Positions 25,309 to 36,270 of a stretch of 64,000 bases of DNA are shown piece by piece (within the stretch, counting starts at the first letter, position 1; each line of letters opens with the position of its first letter). The DNA lies in assembly GCA_040397215.1 (NCBI GenBank), contig JBBAWK010000001.1; one strand, 5' to 3'. The stretch is from Candidatus Limnocylindrus sp. (GTDB taxonomy: Bacteria > Chloroflexota > Limnocylindria > Limnocylindrales > Limnocylindraceae). The notes beneath the pieces were generated by a model, which worked only from the letters and a program-made list of their open reading frames with translations, did no database searches and was not told the DNA's origin. Made by a program: the position numbers and the translations under genes.

Positions 25309-28299
25309 CTACGGCTTGGTGCTCTCCGTCAGCGCCGTCAGCTCTTTGAGAACCGCCTGCAGCTCACTGATGCGTACACCGTACGTTGCGAAGTCGCCAG
25401 CCTTCAGCGCGGTCTGGGCCTGGGTAAAGAGCGTTGAGGCCTTGGAGACGAGTCCCGCAATGTCGGTCGGGTTCGTTCCACCACCCGGATCTACGACGCC
25501 GCCGCCAACGAGGAAATTCAACGCTTCAGAGAGCGTGTTTCCCCACACCACCTTGGTCGAGGTTGCGGCGACGATCTTCTGGAACTCTGGGAACGAGCTT
25601 GACGTTGACTGCAGGTACACCGGCTGCAGGTAGACGACCGTGCCGCCAATTGGGGTCACGATGAGGTTGCCACGCGTAACGGTTGAACCAGATTGATCCC
25701 AGAGCGTTGTCTGCGCCGAGATGATTGGGTCTGCATCGATGCGGGCGCCAACCTGGCTTGGACCGAAGACCGAGGTGTCCTTCGGGAAGCGATAGCTCAC
25801 GATCTGACCGTACGAATCGCCGTCGTTGCGCGCCGCAATCCAGGCGATCATGTTCGGTCGGCTCGTCGGCACGAGCGGTTGAATCAGGGTGAACTCTGTG
25901 CCGGTCTCACCTGGCAGGCGAACCCGTACGTAGTACGACTCCCCTGGGAGTGACTGTGAGCCGGCTGCCGACTCAGGGACGGTCCACACGTCGTCCTGGC
26001 GGTAGAAGGTCTGCGGGTCGGTCACGTGGTATGTGGCGTAAACGCGCGTGGTGATGTCGAAGCCGCTCGCGCCGACCCGAAGGTGCGCACGTAGATCGGC
26101 CGGCATCGTATCGATTGGGCGAAGAAGGCCTGGGAAAACCTTCGACCACGCCTGAGCGATCGGGTCCTTGGCATCCGCCAGGTAGAGCGCGGTCTCGCCC
26201 GTATAGAGGTCGACCGTCGCCTTTACGCTGTTGCGAAGGTAGTTGACGCTGCTCCCCTCCACCGCGTTGGCGTTCGGGAAGTGATCGCTGGTGGTGTAGC
26301 CGTCCACGACGTAACTCAGTCCACCATCCGCACGAATCACGAGGTATGGATCGGAGTCCCAGGTGACGAATGGTGCGAGGGACGAGACGCGCTCGCTGAT
26401 CGTGCGGCGCCAGAGCAGCTGGCTGTCTGCAGTGATCTGGTCACTGATCAGCAGGTTCAGGTCGCCGAGTCGCGCCGCGAAGAGGAGTCGATTGAAGAAG
26501 GTGTTCAGCGAGATTCCTGAGGTGCCGCTCCACTTCGTGGTCGCATCGCCTGAGTTCCCCGAACCGTTGGCATCGTCGCCAACCGGGTAATCAAACTCGT
26601 CGGTCTTAGCGCCGACGATCACCCAGTCATCATCAAGTTCGCCAAAGTAGATGCGCGGCTCGCTCACCACCGGAGCGCCGCCGCTCGAGACTGGTGGGAT
26701 GTCGCGAATGATCAGTTGCGGAAGTCCACCGCTCGCCACACCAGCGACGGGGACCATGGCCACGCCGATACCGTGCGTAAAGGCGATGCGACGGTTCACC
26801 CAGGTGGCCGACTGGAGCGCACGCTGTGGGTTCAACTCACGCGCGGAGAGCATCACAAGTCGCTGCTTCCCATCAATCATGTAGCGGTCAACATCAACAT
26901 CCGAGAAGTTGTAGTACTGGCGGACGGTCTGGAGCTGATCGAGCGTCGCCTGCAGTGGGCGGTAGTCCCAGAGACGTGCATCAGCAAATGATTCCGAGTT
27001 ATCCGCGATGGCTGTGGTGGTGAGCTCGGCAGATCCGCCGTATTGACGCTCAGTCCAGCCATCAAGGCCGAAGGCCAACCTCGTCATGCGAATGTTGTTG
27101 GCGATGTACGGCTCCTCGAGCGCATACTCGTTCGGCGTGACCTGGAAGCGCTGCACAAACTCTGGATAGAGGCCGGTAAGCACCGCTGACGCACCGAACC
27201 AGACGGTAACGGTGAGCACGAGCGGCCACGTTGAACGCGTAACGGCGGCGCCCACCAAGAAGGCGGCGGCGAGTGCTGCAATCACGGTTAGTGCATCAAG
27301 GCCAGGGATGCGTGCCATTGCGTCGGTGTACGAGACGCCTGTTGCAACGCCGTTCTGTGAGTAGACAAGGTCAAGCTTGTCGAGCTGATAGCCGTACGCG
27401 GTGACCAGCAAGATGCCCCCAACCAGGAGGGCGAGGTGGAGGCGTGGCAGGGTGCCAATGCCGCCAAGGCCACGAGCGCCGAGTGCAGGGAGGTAGCGCA
27501 GCGCGGCAAGCGCCGTGGCGCCGCCGAGAAGAAGAATTCCAAGACCCTGCGCGAGGCGCAGGACGGGGAGACTGAAGAGGTAGAACGAAATGTCGCGCCC
27601 GAAGATTGGATCAACCGCTGAGCCATCGGCGACGTACGGTACGGCGTTCTGCCAGAGCGCAATCTGTTGCCAATTCGCCGCAACCTGTGCGCCAATGAGC
27701 AGCGCGATTACCACAGCACCGATACGCAAGGCGCCGTTGCCGATCGTGGCACCAGCACTGCGCACTGTGCCATCGCCATCCGCGCCAAGGAGTCCGCGGA
27801 GCGCATCGAGGATCCCGTCTGATTGCAGATTGCCGCGATCATCCATAAGCGGAGTGCGCGGTTCACGTGGAGTTCCGGAGTTGGTTGGTTCACCGCCGAG
27901 GCGGCGGGCGATGAGCCCTGCCACAACGAGGCTCACCATCAAGAGAACAAGTGCGGCAAGCGTTCCGCCAACAAAGAGTCCGCCCTGCAGCTGTAGTCGC
28001 TGCCAGTAGAGGACCCCTGCGCCGAGTGATTCAAACCAGCGCGCATCCGTGAGGAGCCCGACGAGGGGCCCGCCGACCAGAACGAGAGCGATGATCAGCG
28101 GCAGGAGGAGGGTGCGAAGTCCAAACTTGAATGTTGGTCGTGGTCCGCGCGGGGCAGAGCCTCCAGGGCGACGGGCACGGGTGCGCGAGGTTGGCGCGTC
28201 GGATTCAGGCTCGGGTTCAGAGGTCTCATTGGCCTTGGGGCCGCCGTTACCTCGGCGTCGCTCCAGCTCTTCAAGGAAGTCCTTAAACGGATCACTCAT
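25309..28299 (-). CDS. UPF0182-family large membrane protein
   Basis: 996 aa with about 7 N-terminal TM helices. Conserved blocks VTPNEYALEEPYIANNIRMTRLAFGLD and RQYYNFSDVDVDRY. GGAGGGGG SD before the ATG at 28299. Confidence 0.85.
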   Translation of the reverse strand: MSDPFKDFLEELERRRGNGGPKANETSEPEPESDAPTSRTRARRPGGSAPRGPRPTFKFGLRTLLLPLIIALVLVGGPLVGLLTDARWFESLGAGVLYWQRLQLQGGLFVGGTLAALVLLMVSLVVAGLIARRLGGEPTNSGTPREPRTPLMDDRGNLQSDGILDALRGLLGADGDGTVRSAGATIGNGALRIGAVVIALLIGAQVAANWQQIALWQNAVPYVADGSAVDPIFGRDISFYLFSLPVLRLAQGLGILLLGGATALAALRYLPALGARGLGGIGTLPRLHLALLVGGILLVTAYGYQLDKLDLVYSQNGVATGVSYTDAMARIPGLDALTVIAALAAAFLVGAAVTRSTWPLVLTVTVWFGASAVLTGLYPEFVQRFQVTPNEYALEEPYIANNIRMTRLAFGLDGWTERQYGGSAELTTTAIADNSESFADARLWDYRPLQATLDQLQTVRQYYNFSDVDVDRYMIDGKQRLVMLSARELNPQRALQSATWVNRRIAFTHGIGVAMVPVAGVASGGLPQLIIRDIPPVSSGGAPVVSEPRIYFGELDDDWVIVGAKTDEFDYPVGDDANGSGNSGDATTKWSGTSGISLNTFFNRLLFAARLGDLNLLISDQITADSQLLWRRTISERVSSLAPFVTWDSDPYLVIRADGGLSYVVDGYTTSDHFPNANAVEGSSVNYLRNSVKATVDLYTGETALYLADAKDPIAQAWSKVFPGLLRPIDTMPADLRAHLRVGASGFDITTRVYATYHVTDPQTFYRQDDVWTVPESAAGSQSLPGESYYVRVRLPGETGTEFTLIQPLVPTSRPNMIAWIAARNDGDSYGQIVSYRFPKDTSVFGPSQVGARIDADPIISAQTTLWDQSGSTVTRGNLIVTPIGGTVVYLQPVYLQSTSSSFPEFQKIVAATSTKVVWGNTLSEALNFLVGGGVVDPGGGTNPTDIAGLVSKASTLFTQAQTALKAGDFATYGVRISELQAVLKELTALTESTKP

Positions 28300-28326
28300 G
28301 ATCGATCCCCCTCCTGCTGCGGTGCG

Positions 28327-28701
28327 TCAGGGTCGGTGCGCGACCTCGATCGCACGGGTGAAGGCATCGAGTGCCGCCTCGGCAACCTTCGTCTCACTCA
28401 TCGTAGCGACTCGCATCGGATCCCACTTGGCCGCCACTTGGAGCACCAGCGGGCGGCGCCAGGGCTCGCTCTCGCTCGCAAGATCGCCGAGGAGGCGCAA
28501 CTTCAAGCAGGAGCGCCCCTCCTCAACGGCGAGAAGGTCGCCGAGGCCATTCGTCATTAGCTCGCCGAGGCGCTGGAGTGGGGGCGTTGGTGGGGGGCCG
28601 GCGATCGGCGCAACCTCGCGACAACTCACAACACCAGCATCATCCTCAGCCCACATCAGGCCAACCCACCAGCCGTCAGGCATGGTCGTTGGCGTACTCA
28701 T
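28327..28701 (-). CDS. Hypothetical small protein (about 124 aa; could extend to 28809)
   Basis: It fills an otherwise 500-nt gap in a tightly packed operon. About 75% GC at third codon positions over the 20 codons I checked by hand. No recognisable motif. Start uncertain (MSTPTTMPDGWW at 28701, or MGVTPG at 28809 overlapping the guaA end). Confidence 0.4.
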   Translation of the reverse strand: MSTPTTMPDGWWVGLMWAEDDAGVVSCREVAPIAGPPPTPPLQRLGELMTNGLGDLLAVEEGRSCLKLRLLGDLASESEPWRRPLVLQVAAKWDPMRVATMSETKVAEAALDAFTRAIEVAHRP

Positions 28702-28799
28702 CCCTGTATGCACTCCAGCCTCTGGTCGCCCTTCGAGGAGGATCGGCTTCACCTTTAGGTAGCTCGCCCCCGGTGAGGGGAGGCGCTCAGGTCCGGGGG

Positions 28800-30380
28800 T
28801 CACTCCCACTCGATCGTGGCGGGTGGCTTGGAGGTGACGTCGTACACGACCCGCGTCACGCCCGGCACCTCATTGACGATGCGCGCCGAGATGCGCTCAA
28901 TCAGGTCGTATGGGAGTCGCGCCCAATCTGCGGTCATCCCGTCTTCACTCGTGACCGCGCGCAGTGCGAGCACATTGCCGTAGGTGCGCCCATCGCCCAT
29001 CACGCCAACCGAGCGCATTGGCGTAAGCACGGCGAATGACTGCCAGATGCTGCGGTAAAGCCCCGCCGTCTTGATCTCGTCGACCACGATCCAATCGGCT
29101 TCGCGCAACGTGTCAAGTCGCTCCTTCGTCACGTCACCAAGAATGCGGATCGCAAGGCCGGGGCCTGGGAACGGTTGTCGCAGAACTACAGACTCGGGGA
29201 GGCCAAGTTCAAGGCCAACCGCGCGCACCTCGTCCTTGAAGAGGGCTCGCAACGGCTCAACGAGTTTGAACTTCAAGTCGTCGGGGAGGCCGCCTACATT
29301 GTGATGCGTCTTAATCTTCTGCGCGGCTTTTGTCTCTTTCGAAGTGGACTCGATCACATCTGGGTAGAGGGTCCCTTGTGCCAAGAACTTGAAGTCGCCG
29401 AGCTTCGTCGACTCCTCCTCAAAGACGCGAATGAATTCGCGACCGATGATCCTGCGCTTCTCTTCCGGGTCCTCTACTCCGCTAAGTGCGCCGAGGAAGC
29501 GCTCCTCCGCATCAACCATATGGATGGTCATGCCCAGGGTATTAGCGAAGACTTCGCGAAGAAGATTCGACTCGCGCTTGCGCATCAGACCGTGATCGAC
29601 GTAAACGCAGACGAGCCGATCACCGATCGCGCGATGAATGAGCGCTGCGGCGACGGCAGAATCAACCCCGCCTGAAAGGGCACAGAGGACACGATCGGTT
29701 GGGCCCACCTGTGCGGTGATCGCAGCGATGGCATCTTCGGCAACCCGCCCTGGTGTCCAGCTGGCCGGCGCCCTTGCAATGTCATAGACAAAGTTGCGGA
29801 GCAGGCGCTTGCCGCCAGGGGTGTGCACCACCTCAGGGTGGAACTGAATCCCCCAGAGGTTTCGCGTGACGTCGGCAAGGGCTGCAAACGGGGTGGAGTC
29901 GGTCTCGGCGATCGGCGCGAAGCCAGTTGGAGCCTTTGTGATGGAGTCGCCGTGGCTCATCCAGACGCGGGCGCTCCCACCGTCGCCCGCAACGCCAGCC
30001 AGCAGCAGATTCGACTGGTCGCCGATGCGGATGTCAGCGGGGCCGTATTCACGATGCGCCGAGGGGCCAACCTCCCCTCCGAGCTGCTGCGCCATCAGCT
30101 GAACGCCGTAGCAGATGCCCAAGATCGGCAGGCCGCTCTCCCAGAGGGCAGGATCTGGCTTTGGGCCATCAGCGTCATACACGGAACTTGGGCTGCCGCT
30201 CAAGATGACGCCCGCGGGATTGCGCGCCACGATCTCACTCAGCGGGGTGTCAAAGGCGATCAGCTCTGAGTGCACGTTCAGCTCGCGCACGCGACGCGCG
30301 ATGAGCTGCGCGAATTGGCTACCAAAGTCGAGCACGAGGATGCCCCCCTGCGTTGGGGTCACGGCGCCGTTAGCGCCCAC
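28800..30380 (-). CDS. guaA: GMP synthase (glutamine-hydrolysing)
   Basis: GATase domain ([10 protein letters not shown]), PP-loop SGGVDSAV, C-terminal PPATIEWE. Confidence 0.93.
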   Translation of the reverse strand: MGANGAVTPTQGGILVLDFGSQFAQLIARRVRELNVHSELIAFDTPLSEIVARNPAGVILSGSPSSVYDADGPKPDPALWESGLPILGICYGVQLMAQQLGGEVGPSAHREYGPADIRIGDQSNLLLAGVAGDGGSARVWMSHGDSITKAPTGFAPIAETDSTPFAALADVTRNLWGIQFHPEVVHTPGGKRLLRNFVYDIARAPASWTPGRVAEDAIAAITAQVGPTDRVLCALSGGVDSAVAAALIHRAIGDRLVCVYVDHGLMRKRESNLLREVFANTLGMTIHMVDAEERFLGALSGVEDPEEKRRIIGREFIRVFEEESTKLGDFKFLAQGTLYPDVIESTSKETKAAQKIKTHHNVGGLPDDLKFKLVEPLRALFKDEVRAVGLELGLPESVVLRQPFPGPGLAIRILGDVTKERLDTLREADWIVVDEIKTAGLYRSIWQSFAVLTPMRSVGVMGDGRTYGNVLALRAVTSEDGMTADWARLPYDLIERISARIVNEVPGVTRVVYDVTSKPPATIEWE

Positions 30381-31515
30381 GCTGCCAGCTCTTACCTTCG
30401 GTCGCGGCAGCTGGAGCGTAGATCACCTCAACGTCGCGGAAGCCGCGCACGTTCTGCACGCCGAGTGCGGCGGCCGACTGACGCACCGCGCCCGCGAGGT
30501 TCTCGCTGCCGTCAGTGACGTGCGATGGGCCATGCAGGATCTGCTTCATGCTCGCAACCGTACCGACGTTGATGCGCGTGCCGCGCGGCAGCGTTGGTGA
30601 GGGTGCCGCCATCCCCCAGTTGAATCCACCGCCTGGAGCCTCGCTGCCACGGGCGAGTGGCGATCCGATCATGACCGCATCCGCACCAACAGCGAGCGCC
30701 TTCGCAATCTCGCCACCTTTACGAATGCCACCATCTGCAACGACGGGAACATAGCTACCGGTCGCAGCGAAGAAGGCATCACGAGCGGCGGCAACATCGC
30801 TCACGGCGGTTACCTGCGGCACGCCAATGCCGAGTACCTCACGAGTGGTGCAGGCGTTCCCTGGCCCCACGCCAACGAAGACGGCGGCGGCGCCCTGCTC
30901 CATCAGGGCATACGCGGCTTCAGCATTTGTGGTGTTGCCGATCGCTACCGGCATGCCGGCGCGCTTCACGAATGCAGAAAGCTCAAGTGGCGCGTAGCCC
31001 GAGGCAATGTGCCGTGCAGATGAGACCTGGCTTTGGATGAGCAGCAGGTCGACATCGGCGCCGATCAGTGCGTCGGCATACTTGCCAACCGCCTGTGGCG
31101 TCGCCGCAATCGCAACGGGTGCACCGGCGGCGCGCATCTCGGCAATGCGACGGGCGATCAGCTCTGGGCGAATCGGAACGGCGTAGAGTTCAGCAAAGGT
31201 AGCCTGCACCTTATCGGCGGTTGCCGCAATGATGGTGGCGTACTGGGCAGCGGGATCTTCGTAGCGAAACCAGAGTCCTTCAAGATTAATGAAGGCGAGT
31301 GAGCCGAGTCCACGAAGTAGCCCCGCCGTCGCAGGTGAGACAACGGCGTCCATCGCCGACGCAATGATCGGCTCGGTAAGCGGGATGCCGCAAAACACTT
31401 GTGTCAAATCGACGTCGGCGGGATCGATGGTGTCGGTACCAGGGGCGAGCGAGATGTCGTCGAACCCAAATGCGGGTCGTAGGGTGTCGATCTTGGAGAT
31501 AAATGGGCCGCTCAT
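30370..31515 (-). CDS. guaB3: GuaB3-type IMP dehydrogenase-family protein (no CBS insert)
   Basis: 381 aa TIM-barrel IMPDH/GMPR family ([59 protein letters not shown]). Length and lack of a CBS pair fit the GuaB3 subgroup. Confidence 0.78.
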   Translation of the reverse strand: MSGPFISKIDTLRPAFGFDDISLAPGTDTIDPADVDLTQVFCGIPLTEPIIASAMDAVVSPATAGLLRGLGSLAFINLEGLWFRYEDPAAQYATIIAATADKVQATFAELYAVPIRPELIARRIAEMRAAGAPVAIAATPQAVGKYADALIGADVDLLLIQSQVSSARHIASGYAPLELSAFVKRAGMPVAIGNTTNAEAAYALMEQGAAAVFVGVGPGNACTTREVLGIGVPQVTAVSDVAAARDAFFAATGSYVPVVADGGIRKGGEIAKALAVGADAVMIGSPLARGSEAPGGGFNWGMAAPSPTLPRGTRINVGTVASMKQILHGPSHVTDGSENLAGAVRQSAAALGVQNVRGFRDVEVIYAPAAATEGKSWQRGR

Positions 31516-32132
31516 TGGCGGAGTGTAGCGAGGTCAACGGCGGAGGCGATCTCATCCGCGAGCTCACCCTTCGGGCGGCGTGCATCAAACGAGCGCCAAC
31601 GCGCAGGCTCCTCGGCTGCCAGCGCGCGGAAGCCGTCGGCGACACGCGCATGGAAGGCGGCGTCGAACCCCTCTTCGAAGCGCGTGCGCCCATCACCCGA
31701 CTTGCGGGCGAGCCCCTCCTCGGCGGGAAGGTCCAAGAGCACGGTGAGGTCAGGGGCCAACCCTGCAGTGGCAAAGCTGATCGCCGCCCGCAACTCGTCC
31801 AGCGGGAGTCCGCTCCCGTAGCCCTGGTAGGCCAGGGTCGAGTCGGCGAAGCGATCGGCGATGACGGTGGCGCCGCGCGCCAGCGCAGGGCGGATCACCT
31901 CAAGAACCAGCTGCGAACGGGAGGCGTTGAAGAGGAGGGCGTCGGCACGTGGATTGATCTCCACGCTCCCACCATCGCCCAGGAGGAGAGCACGGATCCG
32001 CTCTCCGGCTGGTGTGCCGCCCGGCTCGCGCACGGTCAGCACTTCGCGACCCGCGGCGCGGAGCCGCTCGGCCAGGAGGGCGATTTGGGTGGACTTCCCC
32101 GATCCGTCTGGCCCCTCAAAGGTGATGAACAT
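31512..32132 (-). CDS. tmk: Thymidylate kinase
   Basis: MFITFEGPDGSGKSTQ P-loop, DRF motif region, 206 aa. Confidence 0.9.
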   Translation of the reverse strand: MFITFEGPDGSGKSTQIALLAERLRAAGREVLTVREPGGTPAGERIRALLLGDGGSVEINPRADALLFNASRSQLVLEVIRPALARGATVIADRFADSTLAYQGYGSGLPLDELRAAISFATAGLAPDLTVLLDLPAEEGLARKSGDGRTRFEEGFDAAFHARVADGFRALAAEEPARWRSFDARRPKGELADEIASAVDLATLRQ

Positions 32133-32138
32133 CGTGAC

Positions 32139-34076
32139 CTAGCGGCGACGGCGCGGGGTGCTCGAGGTGCGACCATGTGGCTCGAGTCGTACCCGTCGGT
32201 GTGGATCGCGGCCGCGCGAACTACTGGTGACGCCGGCGTCGCCAGCGAGCTGGTGCTGCAGCCGACGGATGTAGGCGTTCTGTGGCGAAAGCTCAACGGG
32301 ATGTTGGGTGCGCGCCACCTCTTCAATTCCCATCTTCGCCTCGCGCATCGCAATCTCACGTGGATCGTGTGGCAGCTGATAGATGTCGAGGAGTGCACGC
32401 TCCATCTGCTCGGAGGCGTTGCTTTTTAACACATGAACTGGAACCCCGCGTCGCTCAGCATCCACAATCGGCGTGCCGCGCTGCTTGAACTCATTGCGGA
32501 TCGTTACCACCGCGTCGGCCTCATCGGCGGTTCGCGCGGTTGTCGCAGGGAGCCCAAGTTCGCGGATCGCCGCTTCAAGCTTCTTGCGCGAGATGCCGTG
32601 GGCTAAGACGCGAAGCTCAGGGAGCTGACTCACTTCACGCCCGTCGTCGTCATCAGCGCTCGGTGCCTCATCCCACGCCGCTGGGACCAGTGCGCCGTCG
32701 ACCGTTCGACCGATAAGCTCGCGATCCATCTCAACGATAGTGGATGCCATTGACTCATGACTCCAGCCGCGCTCGGGTCGCCAGCTACCGCCGCCAACGG
32801 GATCACCTTCAAATGCACGAATCACTGGAGTCGCCGTGCCCCCCGGAATGGTCTCAACGTGTCGCGCCTGTTCGCGGTTTCGCCGCCAACCGCCACGCCC
32901 CTCATCGCCCCGATCGCCCCGATCACTTCGTCGGCCGCGGCGATCATCACCTGGGGTCAGCCCGCCGAATCGGCGTGACTCACCCTGCGCCGTCTGGCCA
33001 GGTCGAATGCGCGCATGTGATCGACGAACGCCACCCTCATCGCGCCAGCGCTCCTCTGGGGCTACCGCATCACCGCGCAGCAACGCGTCAACCGTTCCCG
33101 CAACATCCTCGTGCACCAATATGTGGTCGCGATCAATGATCTCCACAATCACATCAAAGGTTGGCGGCGCCTTGCGCTCCAGCACACTCTTCTGTGTGCG
33201 GCGGCGGCGTGCCTCGTCGTCACCAAGCGTCACGCTCTGAATGCCGCCAATCAGGTCGGTGAGCGTTGGGTTCAACATTAGGTTGTCGAGGCTGTTGCCG
33301 TGGGCGGTACCGATCAGCTGCACGCCGCGCTCGGCGATCGTTCGTGCGGCAATCGCCTCTGCCTCGGTGCCGATCTCGTCGATGACGATCACCTCGGGCA
33401 TGTGGTTCTCAACCGCCTCGATCATGACGAGATGCTGGCGCTCTGGCGCGCTCACCTGCATGCGTCGTGCCTTGCCGATCGCTGGATGCGGAATGTCGCC
33501 ATCGCCGGCGATCTCGTTTGAGGTGTCAACCACCACAACACGCTTGCTAAATTCTGACGCGAGGACGCGTGCCGCCTCGCGGAGCATGGTGGTCTTACCG
33601 ACACCCGGTCGCCCCATGATAAGAATCGACCGGCCCGCTTCAATATGGTCGCGCAAGATCTCAATGGTGCCAAACACCGATCGACCGACACGGCAGGTGA
33701 GGCCAACGACTCGATCAGAGCGATTGCGAATCGCAGAGATGCGGTGCAACGTTCGTTCGATCCCAGCACGGTTGTCACCACCAAAGTTGCCGATGCGCGA
33801 GATCACCCAATTCAAGTCTTCGTCAGTGATTTCGCGTTCGAGTAGCGTGACGTCGCCCGATGTGATGCGTGCCTCAGGTCTCCGGCCAAGGTCGAGAACA
33901 ATTTCAAGCAATCCATCACGGCCAGCGGCGAGATTTTCGTGAGTGGCGAGCTCACGAATTGCGGCAACGATCTCACCAGGGAGACAGTCGAGCAGTAGGT
34001 CGAGATTGTCGACGATCGCCTCGTCTTGAATTGCCGCGCGGGCTGGATCCTCGTGGGGGTCGCGAGCAATGCTCAT
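32139..34076 (-). CDS. Ycf45/SpoIIIAA-like AAA ATPase with C-terminal R3H nucleic-acid-binding domain and an Arg/Gly/Asp-rich insert
   Basis: Walker [12 protein letters not shown], Walker [30 protein letters not shown] is typical of the family. R3H-like [16 protein letters not shown]...[12 protein letters not shown]. Insert [21 protein letters not shown]. Confidence 0.75.
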   Translation of the reverse strand: MSIARDPHEDPARAAIQDEAIVDNLDLLLDCLPGEIVAAIRELATHENLAAGRDGLLEIVLDLGRRPEARITSGDVTLLEREITDEDLNWVISRIGNFGGDNRAGIERTLHRISAIRNRSDRVVGLTCRVGRSVFGTIEILRDHIEAGRSILIMGRPGVGKTTMLREAARVLASEFSKRVVVVDTSNEIAGDGDIPHPAIGKARRMQVSAPERQHLVMIEAVENHMPEVIVIDEIGTEAEAIAARTIAERGVQLIGTAHGNSLDNLMLNPTLTDLIGGIQSVTLGDDEARRRRTQKSVLERKAPPTFDVIVEIIDRDHILVHEDVAGTVDALLRGDAVAPEERWRDEGGVRRSHARIRPGQTAQGESRRFGGLTPGDDRRGRRSDRGDRGDEGRGGWRRNREQARHVETIPGGTATPVIRAFEGDPVGGGSWRPERGWSHESMASTIVEMDRELIGRTVDGALVPAAWDEAPSADDDDGREVSQLPELRVLAHGISRKKLEAAIRELGLPATTARTADEADAVVTIRNEFKQRGTPIVDAERRGVPVHVLKSNASEQMERALLDIYQLPHDPREIAMREAKMGIEEVARTQHPVELSPQNAYIRRLQHQLAGDAGVTSSSRGRDPHRRVRLEPHGRTSSTPRRRR

Positions 34077-34132
34077 TGGTAAATCTTAGCGTGCGCTTCG
34101 CGTGGCGTCGCGTCGTGCGGCTCTTTTGGGCG

Positions 34133-34780
34133 CTAGAGCGCGGCCGCTAACGCCTCGGTAACAAGCCAGCGGTGTACACCCGTCTCGCCAGTGATCTCGG
34201 GGTGGAAGGCGATGCCAAGGATTCGCCCCTGGCGCGCCGCGACGATCCGACCATCTTCTAGGGTGGCGACGGCACGGGCCGATGGGCCAACCTTCACGAT
34301 CTCCGGCGCACGAATGAAGACAGCCTGAATGCTGCGCGATTGCCCCTCTTTGCCGAAACCCTCCATCACAAGGCTCGTTTCAAAGGACTCAAGTTGGCGG
34401 CCGAAGGCATTGCGCCGCACCTTAATATCGAGCAGCGAAAGGACTGGCTCGTCACCATCGACAATCTTCGTTGCAAGCAGGATTGCCCCAGCGCAGGTGC
34501 CCAAGATTGGTGCGCCTCGCTTCGCCAGCGCCTTAATTGGTTTTACGAGCTCCCAGCGATGCAACAACTTGCGCATCGCGGTGCTCTCACCGCCAGGAAG
34601 GATCAGGCCGTTTACTCCATCGAGATCTGCTGGAAGTCGTACCTCGCGCGCCTCAGCGCCAAGAGATTCCAACAGGCGGATGTGTTCAGCAAAGTCACCC
34701 TGCACTGCGAGGACGCCAATGACTGGCGTAGCGTGGCGCTGCGCCACGGTGCTACCAGCCGCGATTTGAGAGGCGTTCAC
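34133..34780 (-). CDS. pdxT: Pyridoxal 5'-phosphate synthase, glutaminase subunit PdxT
   Basis: [30 protein letters not shown]. An alternative GTG start at 34747 would remove the 29-nt overlap with pdxS. Confidence 0.9.
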   Translation of the reverse strand: MNASQIAAGSTVAQRHATPVIGVLAVQGDFAEHIRLLESLGAEAREVRLPADLDGVNGLILPGGESTAMRKLLHRWELVKPIKALAKRGAPILGTCAGAILLATKIVDGDEPVLSLLDIKVRRNAFGRQLESFETSLVMEGFGKEGQSRSIQAVFIRAPEIVKVGPSARAVATLEDGRIVAARQGRILGIAFHPEITGETGVHRWLVTEALAAAL

Positions 34781-35651
34781 TCTCGGGGATGGTGCGCATC
34801 TCGATCCCCTTCATTGCTTCACCAAGGCCCGCCGAAACTTCGGCAAGGATGGTGGCGTTCTTCCAGTGCGTGGTCGCCTGAACGATTGCGGCCGCAGTCT
34901 TCGCTGGGTTCTCCGCCTTGAAGATGCCTGAGCCAACGAAGACTCCATCGGCGCCGAGCCACATGGAGAGCGCCGCGTCGGCCGGAGTAGCGATACCGCC
35001 CGCAACAAAGTTCACGACAGGGAGTCGACCCGCCTTGACGGTGAGCTTGACGAGCTCGTAGGGGACTCGCATCTCTTTCGCGGCGGCGCGCAAACGCTTC
35101 TCGCTCTGCCCCTTAAGCGCCGCGATCTCTTCCGTAACGGTACGAATGTGGCGCACCGCCTCAACGATGTTGCCGGTTCCCGCCTCGCCCTTGGTACGCA
35201 TCATTGCGGCGCCCTCGTTGATGCGGCGAAGCGCCTCACCAAGATTCTTGCAGCCACAGAGAAACGGCACCTTGAAGCCGTGCTTGTTGAGGTGGTAACG
35301 ATCGTCGGCGGGGGTGAGCACCTCTGACTCGTCGATGTAGTCCACATCGAGCGCCTCCAGGATTCGCGCCTCGATCTCATGGCCAATGCGTGCCTTCGCC
35401 ATCACTGGAATGGAGACGGCTGCCTGGATCCCCTTGATCATGTCGGGGTCGCTCATGCGGGCAACTCCCCCGTCGCGACGAATGTCGAACGGGACGCGCT
35501 CGAGTGCCATAACGGCAACGGCGCCAGCCTCCTGGGCGACCTTCGCCTCCGCCGGGTTAACGACGTCCATGATCACGCCGCCCTTCAGCATTTGGGCGAG
35601 GCCGCTCTTCGTGGCCCAGGTCGACGTCTTGGCGCGCTTCGGTGCTGGCAT
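34752..35651 (-). CDS. pdxS: Pyridoxal 5'-phosphate synthase, lyase subunit PdxS
   Basis: [46 protein letters not shown] is nearly invariant PdxS sequence. Confidence 0.94.
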   Translation of the reverse strand: MPAPKRAKTSTWATKSGLAQMLKGGVIMDVVNPAEAKVAQEAGAVAVMALERVPFDIRRDGGVARMSDPDMIKGIQAAVSIPVMAKARIGHEIEARILEALDVDYIDESEVLTPADDRYHLNKHGFKVPFLCGCKNLGEALRRINEGAAMMRTKGEAGTGNIVEAVRHIRTVTEEIAALKGQSEKRLRAAAKEMRVPYELVKLTVKAGRLPVVNFVAGGIATPADAALSMWLGADGVFVGSGIFKAENPAKTAAAIVQATTHWKNATILAEVSAGLGEAMKGIEMRTIPESERLSNRGW

Positions 35652-35736
35652 GCCCCTATTCTCGCATATTGCCCCGCCCGCCGTGGGCTGAACGACGGTG
35701 CGATGGGCGCAGATCCCCTGCTACGATCGCGATCAT

Positions 35737-36270
35737 ATGAACAGTGAAGTTCTCGTTCTAAATCAGGACTACGAACCGCTCAACGTCGCCTCCTTGCCGC
35801 GTGCCTTCCGACTGGTGCTGGGCGGTAAGGCCGAGATCCTCGCCGAAGGCGACCCGATCCGCAGCGCATCGCGCAGCTGGACCGCCCCCTCGGTTGTGCG
35901 CCTCCGTCATCGAGTGCGCCGACCACGACCGCGCGCCAAGTTGAGCCGCAAGGAGATCTTCGCGCGTGACGGTCATGCCTGCCAGTACTGCGGTCGCACT
36001 GGCGTCTCTCTGACGATCGATCACATTGTGCCGAAGAGTCGCGGCGGCGATACCTGGACCTGGGAGAACCTGGTCACCGCGTGCATGGCGTGCAACCATC
36101 GTAAGGGCGACCGCCTCCCCGAAGCTGCAGGACTTGCGCTTCGACGCAAACCGTACGAGCCTCGCTGCGACGTGTACGCCGTCTTCCTCCCCTACCTGCG
36201 GCACGAAGCCTACTCAGCGTGGCGCGACTTCCTCTTTATCTCAGATAGCGCCGCGGCCAGCGGCGCGTGA
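35737..36270 (+). CDS. Stand-alone HNH endonuclease
   Basis: HACQYCG...IDHIVPKSRGGDTWTWENLVTACMACNHRKGD is an HNH motif with two Cys pairs. Start taken at MNSEVLVLNQDYEPLN. Confidence 0.8.
   Translation: MNSEVLVLNQDYEPLNVASLPRAFRLVLGGKAEILAEGDPIRSASRSWTAPSVVRLRHRVRRPRPRAKLSRKEIFARDGHACQYCGRTGVSLTIDHIVPKSRGGDTWTWENLVTACMACNHRKGDRLPEAAGLALRRKPYEPRCDVYAVFLPYLRHEAYSAWRDFLFISDSAAASGA

Noticed and set aside
28049-28762. 237-aa plus-strand ORF as an alternative explanation for the 28.3-28.8 kb gap
   Set aside because: It overlaps 250 nt of the well-supported UPF0182 N-terminus on the opposite strand and is Arg/Ser/Pro-rich. The minus-strand ORF fits the operon direction and shows about 75% GC at third codon positions over the 20 codons I counted by hand.
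31503-32429. 308-aa plus-strand ORF
   Set aside because: It is antisense to tmk and to the 3' end of the AAA/R3H gene, and is a shadow ORF.
35737-36270. HNH endonuclease as part of a restriction-modification or other defence system, or a homing endonuclease
   Set aside because: There is no methyltransferase, specificity subunit, intein or intron context. It is a small stand-alone gene in an operon with cca and galE.
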